A stretch of DNA of 64,000 nt from Gemmatimonadota bacterium (GTDB lineage Bacteria > Gemmatimonadota > Gemmatimonadetes > Gemmatimonadales > Gemmatimonadaceae), in assembly GCA_040384325.1 (NCBI GenBank), contig JAZKJL010000002.1:3522-67521 (forward strand), given 5' to 3'. Positions 57,588 to 64,000 of this stretch are shown one piece after another; the stretch's first letter is position 1, and the number at the start of each line of letters is the position of its first letter. A program made the translations under genes and the position numbers. Below the pieces are notes generated by a model that searched no databases, was not told the DNA's origin, and was given only the letters and a program-made list of their open reading frames with translations.

Positions 57588-59636
57588 CTACGGCAGGAAC
57601 CGAGCACGCAGCGCCGCCCGCACATCGAGTGTGGAAGTCGGCGGCATGGGTGCGGGCGGCGCTTCGGGAGCGGGCGGCGGGGCGATCTGCACGCGTTGCA
57701 TGGTGCCGAGGACCGCGGCGTCGAGGAAGCGGGACTTCTGGTCGAGCGAGAACTCGGCGCTCCAGCGCGAGGCGTAGGCGTAGAGCGGATAACTCACGTG
57801 CAGGTGGCGCTTCGCGCGAGTCAGCGCGACGTAGAACAGGCGGCGTTCCTCCTCGATCTGCGTGGCGTCGCGAATCGCGCGCGAACTCGGAATCCAGCCA
57901 TCGGCCGCCCAGATCACGAACACCGCCTCCCATTCCTTCCCCTTGGCGGAATGGATGGTGCTGATCACCAGTGCGTCGTCCTCCTCGGTCTCGCGGCCCT
58001 GCGCGAGGTCGGAGGTGGCCGACGGCGGCTCGAGGGCGAGGGCACTGAGGAACGCTCCACGATTGGGATAACCGCTGGCGATGTGTTCGAGCTGCACCAG
58101 GTCACTCAGTCGTACCTCGGCGTCATCGAACCGTCCGCGGAGGATGTCGTCGTACACGCCGCGGATGTGCGCGATGTCGTTGCCCGGGTCGGCACCGCTG
58201 CCTTCGGTGAGCCGCTGCATCAGCGTGCAGAGCGACAGGTGCGTGGTCACTGCGCGCGGCGGAGGCTGCCAGGCGCGAAGGCCTTCCACGCGCCACGACG
58301 CCTGTTCCAGCGACGCGATCGCGCGGCGCGCCGAGATCTCGCCGATGCCGGGCAGGAGCTGCAGCAGCCGGAACCAGCTCACCTCGTCGCGCGGGTTCTC
58401 GGCCACACGCAGGAAGGCCAGCATGTCCTTCACATGCGCCGCCTCGAGGAACTTGATGCCGCCCCATTTCTCGAACGGAATGCGTCGCGCCGCGAGCTCG
58501 ATCTCGAGGTCGGCACTCATGTACCCGGCGCGCACCAGTACCGCCACCTGGTCGAGGCACAGGCCTTCGGTCTCGCAGAGTTCCAGCAGCCGGTCGCAGG
58601 TGAACATCGTCTGCGCCTGCTCGTCGCGTGCCGGCACCAGCCACGGCAGCTCGCCGGGACGGTCGTCGATGCTGCGCAGCTGCTTGCGATATCCCTCGCT
58701 GGCCTGCGCCAGCACGGCATTCGCGGTGTCGAGGATCGGTTGCGTGCTGCGGTAGTTGCGATCCAGCGTGACGATGGTGGTGCCGGGGAACTGCTGCGGG
58801 AAGTCGAGGATGTTGCGCACGGTGGCGCCGCGGAACGCGTAGATGCTCTGCGCGTCGTCGCCCACCACCGTGACGTTGCCGTGCGTCGCGGCCAGTCCGC
58901 GCAGGATGCGTGACTGCAGCACGTTGGTGTCCTGGTATTCGTCCACCAGCACGTGGTCGTAGCGCGCGCTGATCTGCGCACCGAGCGGCGCCGACTCCAG
59001 CATCGCGGCCCAGAAGAGCAGCAGGTCGTCGTAGTCCACCAGGTTGCGCGCCACCTTCCGCTCCACGTACTCGGCGAACACCCGCGCGATGTCGGGCAGA
59101 TCGTCGACGTAGGCGGGGTATCCGTCGCGTAGCAGGTCCTCGACGGTGCGGTCGGTGTTGATGTGCCGGCTGTAGAGCGCCTGCAGCGTCTCCTTCTTCG
59201 GGAAGCGCCGTTCGCGTGCGCCGAATCCGAGCGCGGCGCGCGCCAGCTGCATCAGGTCTTCGGCGTCGGCCTGGTCGAGGATGGTGAAGCCTTCACCGAC
59301 ACCGGCGTGCCGGCCGAACTGCCGCAACGTGGCGTGCGCGGTGGCGTGGAAGGTGCCGCCCTGCACACGTCGTCCCTGCTGCCCGGTGAGCCGCTCCACG
59401 CGAGTCAACATCTCCTCGGCCGCGCGACGGGTGAAGGTCAGCAGCAGGATGCGTTCGGCGTACACGCCACGCTCGATCAGCGAGGCGACACGGTGCACCA
59501 GCGTGCGCGTCTTGCCGGTGCCGGCGCCGGCCACGATCAGCAGCGGACCATCGCCGTGCAGCACGGCTGCGCGCTGCTCGGGATTCAGTGCCGCGTGCGC
59601 GGACGGCGCCGAGCCCGGCCCGCCGGGAGTGCTCAC
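57588..59636 (-). CDS. UvrD/PcrA/Rep-family ATP-dependent DNA helicase
   Basis: LNPEQRAAVLHGDGPLLIVAGAGTGKTRTLVHR, LLLTFTRRAAEEM, VLVDEYQDTN, VVGDDAQSIYAFRGA, STIHSAKGKEW. The proposed GTG start at 59636 overlaps the upstream stop (GTGA). Confidence 0.9.
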   Translation of the reverse strand: MSTPGGPGSAPSAHAALNPEQRAAVLHGDGPLLIVAGAGTGKTRTLVHRVASLIERGVYAERILLLTFTRRAAEEMLTRVERLTGQQGRRVQGGTFHATAHATLRQFGRHAGVGEGFTILDQADAEDLMQLARAALGFGARERRFPKKETLQALYSRHINTDRTVEDLLRDGYPAYVDDLPDIARVFAEYVERKVARNLVDYDDLLLFWAAMLESAPLGAQISARYDHVLVDEYQDTNVLQSRILRGLAATHGNVTVVGDDAQSIYAFRGATVRNILDFPQQFPGTTIVTLDRNYRSTQPILDTANAVLAQASEGYRKQLRSIDDRPGELPWLVPARDEQAQTMFTCDRLLELCETEGLCLDQVAVLVRAGYMSADLEIELAARRIPFEKWGGIKFLEAAHVKDMLAFLRVAENPRDEVSWFRLLQLLPGIGEISARRAIASLEQASWRVEGLRAWQPPPRAVTTHLSLCTLMQRLTEGSGADPGNDIAHIRGVYDDILRGRFDDAEVRLSDLVQLEHIASGYPNRGAFLSALALEPPSATSDLAQGRETEEDDALVISTIHSAKGKEWEAVFVIWAADGWIPSSRAIRDATQIEEERRLFYVALTRAKRHLHVSYPLYAYASRWSAEFSLDQKSRFLDAAVLGTMQRVQIAPPPAPEAPPAPMPPTSTLDVRAALRARFLP

Positions 59637-60322
59637 TCCTTCGACTTGCTGCGAAAGGCGTTCACCATCCACTGCGAGATGTCGAGCCGGCTGTGTCGCT
59701 GCTCCTTCCACGGATCGCCGTACATGTGGTAGCCGTTCTGCTCCCAGAACCCGGGCGCGTCGGCATTCAGGAACTCGAAGCCACGCACCCACTTGGCACT
59801 CTTCCAGAAATAGAGGTGCGGCACCACCAGGCGCATCGGCCAGCCATGATCGGGTGTCAGGTGCAGCCCGTCATGCTTCCACGCCAGCACGTTTTCGGCG
59901 CGATCGAGGTCTTCGAGCGGCAGGTTGGTGGTGAAGCCCTGCTCGGCGAACACCATCACGTGTGTGGCCTCGGCACGCGGCTGCGCCAGGCGCAGCAGGT
60001 GCTGCACGCTCACACCCTCGAAGTCGTTGTTCAGCCGGCTCCAGCGTGTCACGCAGTGGATGTCGCAGCGCGTGACCTGCCGCGGCATGGCCTGGATCTC
60101 GTCGAGCGTGAACGACGCGGGCGAGTCACAGAGCCCGCGGAACTCGAAGCGCCAGGTCGCGGTGTCCACGCTCGGCACGCCGCCGTAGTGCAGCACGGGC
60201 CACTTCCGCGTCTCTGATTGCCCGGGCGGAATGCGCTCGCGATCGGTGGGGCGGACGTCGAGGGTCGGGAGTTCGTCGGACATCATCGTCTCGGAAACAG
60301 GGTCTGCTGAACGATACTGCAT
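59633..60322 (-). CDS. Sulfite-oxidase-like molybdopterin-binding oxidoreductase domain protein (YuiH-like, about 217-229 aa)
   Basis: WRFEFRGLCDSP.SFTLDEIQAM....CDIHCVTRWSRLNNDFEGVSV...WKHDGLHLTPDHGWPMRLVVPHLYFWKSAKWV. There is no signal or TAT motif. The start is either the ATG at 60322 or the ATGATG at 60286. Confidence 0.75.
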   Translation of the reverse strand: MQYRSADPVSETMMSDELPTLDVRPTDRERIPPGQSETRKWPVLHYGGVPSVDTATWRFEFRGLCDSPASFTLDEIQAMPRQVTRCDIHCVTRWSRLNNDFEGVSVQHLLRLAQPRAEATHVMVFAEQGFTTNLPLEDLDRAENVLAWKHDGLHLTPDHGWPMRLVVPHLYFWKSAKWVRGFEFLNADAPGFWEQNGYHMYGDPWKEQRHSRLDISQWMVNAFRSKSKE

Positions 60323-60568
60323 CCCGTCTTTTCGGCGTCAGTGCTCCTGCGTCCGCGGCCGCCTTCTGCGACGGTGGAAGCTTGAAAAAGTGTTCACGCG
60401 GGGGCCGCGGGGAACAGCAGGGGAAAAACGAGCGACTGCAACATCATGTGGTAGAACAGCCTGGGGCGGAGGGCTCGGTCCTACTGAGGCGAGATGCCGC
60501 AAGCTCTTCGCGATTGTCCCAGCGTGAAAACCTCGTTGGGCTCGTAGACGCATCACCGATAGAGCCGA

Positions 60569-61282
60569 TCAGCCAGCAGCCGGAACGGTGGCGTGCAGCA
60601 TCGCCTCTAGCTCCGAACGCATCGTGTCGGTCGGTGCGAGGTTGAACACGGTGCCGAAGGCGGCGGCAGTCAGCGCCTGCATCTCGACGAGCGATGGGGC
60701 GGCATCGCCGAGCTCGCGTGCGGTACTGGTCATCACCACGTCAGCAATGCCGCAGGGCACGAAGAGGTCGAAGTAGGACAGGTCGGTGTGCACGTTGAGC
60801 GCGAAGCCGTGACGCGTGACCCAGTCGCGCGCGTGGACGCCGATCGAGGCGATCTTGCGGTCGCCGATCCAGACGCCGGTGTACTTCGCCAGGCGGGCCG
60901 CGCTGAGCTGCACACCGGCCAGCGCCACGATCAGCGCCTCCTCCACCTGACGCAGGTACCAGTGCAGGTCCTGCGTGTGCTGCTTGAGGTCGATGATGGG
61001 ATACCCCACCAGCTGCCCCGGCCCGTGGAAGGTGGCATCGCCACCGCGTTCGATCTCGTAGCGCTCCACGCCGCGGGCGGCGAGGAGCGCGTCGGAGATG
61101 TGCAGGTTCTCGCCCTTGGTGGAGCGACCGAGCGTGACCACCGGTGGATGCTCCACCAGCAGCAGCACGTCATCGGGGACGGCGCCGGTACCGCGCGCCG
61201 CCGACACCGCCCGCTGGAACTCGAGCGCCTCGCTGAATGCGAGATGACCGAGCGACACCACCAGCAGGCGGCGACTGCTCAC
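60569..61282 (-). CDS. lipB: Lipoyl(octanoyl) transferase
   Basis: VEHPPVVTLGR, RGGDATFHGPGQLVGYPI, KIASIGVHARDWVTRHGFALNV. The GTG start overlaps the lpd stop (GTGA). Confidence 0.92.
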   Translation of the reverse strand: MSSRRLLVVSLGHLAFSEALEFQRAVSAARGTGAVPDDVLLLVEHPPVVTLGRSTKGENLHISDALLAARGVERYEIERGGDATFHGPGQLVGYPIIDLKQHTQDLHWYLRQVEEALIVALAGVQLSAARLAKYTGVWIGDRKIASIGVHARDWVTRHGFALNVHTDLSYFDLFVPCGIADVVMTSTARELGDAAPSLVEMQALTAAAFGTVFNLAPTDTMRSELEAMLHATVPAAG

Positions 61283-62682
61283 GCGTGCACCATCTTCCCC
61301 ATCGAATCGAGCACCGCCTCAGCGATGGCCTCGGACAGGGTCGGGTGCGCGTGCAGCGCAAGGTCGATCTCCTCGACGGTGTATTCGTTCTCGCGAGCGA
61401 CGACGATCTCGTGGATCAGTTCCGTGGCGTGTGCACCCACGATGTGGGCGCCGAGGATCTCACCGTGCTTCTCGTCGCGGATGATCTTGACGAAGCCGTC
61501 GGTCTCACCCGACGTACGGGCGCGGCCGTTGGCGGAGAACGGGAACTTGCCGACCTTGTACGGCGTGCCCTTCGCCTTGACCTGCTCCTCCGTCATGCCG
61601 ATCGACGCCACCTCGGGATGACAGTAGGTGCAGCTCGGGATGTTGCCGTAGTTCACCGGGTGCGTGGGCTGCCCGCCGAGCATGTCGGCCAGCACGTGCC
61701 CTTCGCGCGAGCCCTTATGCGCCAGCATCTGGTTGCCGGCCACGTCGCCGATCGCGTAGACACCCTTCACCGAGGTCTCGAACTTCTCGTTGATCGCGAT
61801 GAAGCCGCGATCGGACTTCTTCACGCCGAGAGCCTCGAGCCCGAAGCCATCGGTGTTGGCGGCACGACCGGCGGCGACCAGGACCTTGTCCACCGTCAGC
61901 ACGCGCGGCTGGCCGCCGGCCTCGAACGACAACGTGACGGTGTTCGCCTCGACCTTCGACGCGGTGATCTTCGCGCCCGTCACCGACTCGATGCCGCGCT
62001 TCTTGAACGCACGGGCCAGCTCCGCCGACGCATCGGCATCCTCGATCGGCAGGATGCGCGAGGCGACCTCGATCAGCGTGACCTGCGTGCCGAAGGCGTT
62101 GAACACGTCGGCGAACTCGCAGCCCACTGCGCCGGCGCCGACCACCGCCATCGTCTTCGGTGCCGACTCCAGCACCAGCACCTCGTCGGACGAAAGGACG
62201 GTCGTCTTGTTCAGCTCCAGTCCAACCTGCGGCAGCCCGCGCACGCGCGAGCCGGTGGCGATGACCAGCGCCTTGGAACAGCTGTGCGATTCCACCGTCC
62301 CGTCGGCAGCCTTCACCTCGACCGTCGTGGCCGCCGTCACGCGCCCATTGCCGCGGATGTAGGTGACCTTGTTCTTCTTCAGCAGGAACTCCACGCCCTT
62401 GGAGTTCTGCGTGCTCACGCCGCGCGACCGCTTCATGGCCGGCCCGTAGTCCAGCTTCACCTCGCCGATGGTGATGCCATGCTCGGCGGCATGCTTCATC
62501 TTGTTGGCGAGCGACGCGCTCTCGAGCAGCGACTTGGCCGGGATGCAGCCCCACAGCACGCAGGTGCCACCGAGCGCCTCGCGCTCGATGACGGCCACGT
62601 TGAGGCCGAGCTGCGCACTGCGGATGGCGCAGACGTAGCCGGCGGGACCACCGCCGAGGATGATGACGTCGAACGATGCCAT
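61279..62682 (-). CDS. lpd: Dihydrolipoyl dehydrogenase (E3)
   Basis: FAD motif GGGPAGY, redox-active GGTCVLWGCIPAK, C-terminal HAHPTLSEA. Confidence 0.95.
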   Translation of the reverse strand: MASFDVIILGGGPAGYVCAIRSAQLGLNVAVIEREALGGTCVLWGCIPAKSLLESASLANKMKHAAEHGITIGEVKLDYGPAMKRSRGVSTQNSKGVEFLLKKNKVTYIRGNGRVTAATTVEVKAADGTVESHSCSKALVIATGSRVRGLPQVGLELNKTTVLSSDEVLVLESAPKTMAVVGAGAVGCEFADVFNAFGTQVTLIEVASRILPIEDADASAELARAFKKRGIESVTGAKITASKVEANTVTLSFEAGGQPRVLTVDKVLVAAGRAANTDGFGLEALGVKKSDRGFIAINEKFETSVKGVYAIGDVAGNQMLAHKGSREGHVLADMLGGQPTHPVNYGNIPSCTYCHPEVASIGMTEEQVKAKGTPYKVGKFPFSANGRARTSGETDGFVKIIRDEKHGEILGAHIVGAHATELIHEIVVARENEYTVEEIDLALHAHPTLSEAIAEAVLDSMGKMVHA

Positions 62683-62701
62683 GTCAGTATCTCAGGTGTG
62701 A

Positions 62702-64000
62702 TTAATAGACCAGCATGAGCGGGTTCTCGATCAGGCGACGCAGCGTGACCAGGAACTGCGCGCCGAGCGCGCCGTCGATCACGCGGTGGTCGCAACTCAT
62801 CGTGACGCGCATCCGCTTCCGGACCTCGATGGTGCCATCGATCACGACGGCCTTGTCTTCCACCGCACCGACGGCCAGGATCGCCGCCTCGGGCGGGTTG
62901 ATGATGGCCGTGAATTCGTCGATGCCGAGCATGCCGAGGTTGGACACGGACATGGTGGCGCCGGTGTATTCGTGCGGCTGCAGCTTCCGCTCGCGGGCAC
63001 GCTTGGCCAGCTCGCGGGCTTCCTTGCTGATCTGGCTCAGGCCCTTGGTGTCGGCGTCGAAGATCACCGGCGTGATGAGGCCCTCGGGAATCGCCACCGC
63101 CATGCCGACGTGCACGCGATGGTGCTGGCGGATCTTGTCGCCCATCCAGTGCGCGTTCACTTCAGGATGGCGCGTCAGTGCGACGGCGACTGCCTTGAGG
63201 ATGATGTCGTTGACGCTGACCTTGAACTCCGGCCCGATGGCGGCCATGGCGGCCCGCATGTCGGTCACGCGCGCGAGGTCGTATTCGGCGGTGAGGTAGA
63301 ACGTGGGCACCGGGCCGATCGACTCAGCCAGCCGACGCGCGATCGTCTTTCGGATCTGCGTCAGCGGCGCGTCGGTGTAGTCGGCGGCCGATACGCCGGG
63401 TGCGGCCGGCCGGGCGCCGGCCAGCAGCGCGGCGCCGCCGGTCATCGCTTCCTCGACATCGCGCTTGATGATCCGGCCACCCGGGCCTGATCCGCGGACC
63501 TGGTTGATGTCCAGGCCACGCTCACTCGCCATGCGGCGCGCGAGGGGTGAGGCGAGGTGACGACCACCGGTGTCGTTGGCGTGCCCCGCCTGCTCCGACG
63601 CGTGATGATCCACGGCCGGCATGGCCGTGCGCGGTGCGGCCGGTGGCGCCGGCGGTGCCGGTGCGGCGGGCGCCGCAGGAGCTGCCGGTGCTGCCGGTGC
63701 TGCGGGTGCTGCGGGTGCTGCAGGAGCCGCGGCAGCTGGAGCCGCCGCCGCCGGGACCGCACCACCAGTGAGCGCCGAGATGTCTTCGTCTGCTGCGGCG
63801 ATCACGCCGATCAGCTGACCTACCGGCGTGGTCGAGTTCTCGGGCACCAGGCGCGCGCGCAGCACACCATCACCGCGCGCCACCAGCTCCATGATCGCCT
63901 TGTCAGTCTCCACTTCCGCAAGAACGTCGCCGCTCTTCACGACGTCGCCCTCGTTCTTGTTCCACTTCACGAGACGCCCCTCTTCCATGGTCGGAGAGAG
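62702..64000 (-). CDS. 2-oxoacid dehydrogenase E2 dihydrolipoamide acyltransferase, partial; the N-terminus lies beyond the right edge
   Basis: The lipoyl domain (..LSPTMEEGRLVKW...VETDKA) continues in frame to position 64000. There is an (AAP)n linker, an E3-binding domain (ASPLARRMA...GSGPGGRIIKRDV), and catalytic DHRVIDG. Substrate class (PDH, OGDH or BCKDH) is not decidable here. Confidence 0.9.
   Translation of the reverse strand, partial: LSPTMEEGRLVKWNKNEGDVVKSGDVLAEVETDKAIMELVARGDGVLRARLVPENSTTPVGQLIGVIAAADEDISALTGGAVPAAAAPAAAAPAAPAAPAAPAAPAAPAAPAAPAPPAPPAAPRTAMPAVDHHASEQAGHANDTGGRHLASPLARRMASERGLDINQVRGSGPGGRIIKRDVEEAMTGGAALLAGARPAAPGVSAADYTDAPLTQIRKTIARRLAESIGPVPTFYLTAEYDLARVTDMRAAMAAIGPEFKVSVNDIILKAVAVALTRHPEVNAHWMGDKIRQHHRVHVGMAVAIPEGLITPVIFDADTKGLSQISKEARELAKRARERKLQPHEYTGATMSVSNLGMLGIDEFTAIINPPEAAILAVGAVEDKAVVIDGTIEVRKRMRVTMSCDHRVIDGALGAQFLVTLRRLIENPLMLVY

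Noticed and set aside
63600-63780. Short-period DNA repeat (GCTGCCGGT/GCTGCGGGT...) that could be mistaken for a VNTR or CRISPR-like array.
   Set aside because: It is in frame within the E2 gene and encodes the usual (Ala-Ala-Pro)n inter-domain linker. There are no spacers and no repeat-spacer periodicity.
62702-63988. The Met at 63988 as the true start of E2.
   Set aside because: That Met is the conserved residue inside the lipoyl-domain N-terminal motif (..LSPTMEEG..), and the frame stays open to the window edge, so the gene is truncated by the window.

Overview
This is a high-GC (roughly two-thirds G+C by eye) bacterial chromosomal segment that is mostly housekeeping genes interleaved with outer-membrane uptake loci. 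The combination of a short sigma-70 lacking region 1.1, an 83-aa ATP synthase epsilon, three SusC/SusD pairs and many CarboxypepD_reg-domain proteins suggests the FCB group, probably Gemmatimonadota. That assignment is inference only.

Content from left to right:
- 1-7.2 kb: rho (partial), tRNA-Arg, an FkbM methyltransferase, a small beta-barrel OMP, a 5-tRNA operon (Ala-Gly-Val-Arg-Pro), a primary-like sigma factor, an MlaF-like ATPase, a Nudix hydrolase and a REC-AraC regulator.
- 7.3-11.5 kb: atpAGDC.
- 11.8-27.9 kb: SusCD locus 1 with a CHRD lipoprotein, an orphan receiver protein, SusCD locus 2 with two lipoproteins, and two convergent barrel-less plug proteins.
- 28.2-40.4 kb: two unknown secreted proteins, waaA, a DsbA-like gene, TPM / NTase-like / LemA, a second DsbA-like gene, and a PAP2/haloperoxidase-like gene coupled to a giant CRTAC1-like FG-GAP protein.
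- 40.5-46.3 kb: a third barrel-less plug protein and SusCD locus 3.
- 46.3-47.0 kb: a repeat-rich 650-bp spacer.
- 47.0-64.0 kb: metG, PSP1/RicT, accA, dnaE, two HExxH peptidases, a 254-bp inverted-repeat element, a UvrD-like helicase coupled to a Moco-domain protein, and lipB-lpd-E2 (partial).

I saw no CRISPR array, integrase, transposase, phage gene or recognisable defence gene. The candidates most worth a second look:
- The three-member barrel-less CarboxypepD_reg+Plug paralog family.
- The CAZyme-free SusCD loci with unusual accessory lipoproteins.
- The DsbA-flanked TPM/NTase/LemA cluster.
- A perfect TGTGA-N6-TCACA site upstream of atpA.
- Two unusual intergenic repeat structures.

All functional calls rest on motif recognition by eye; no searches were run.
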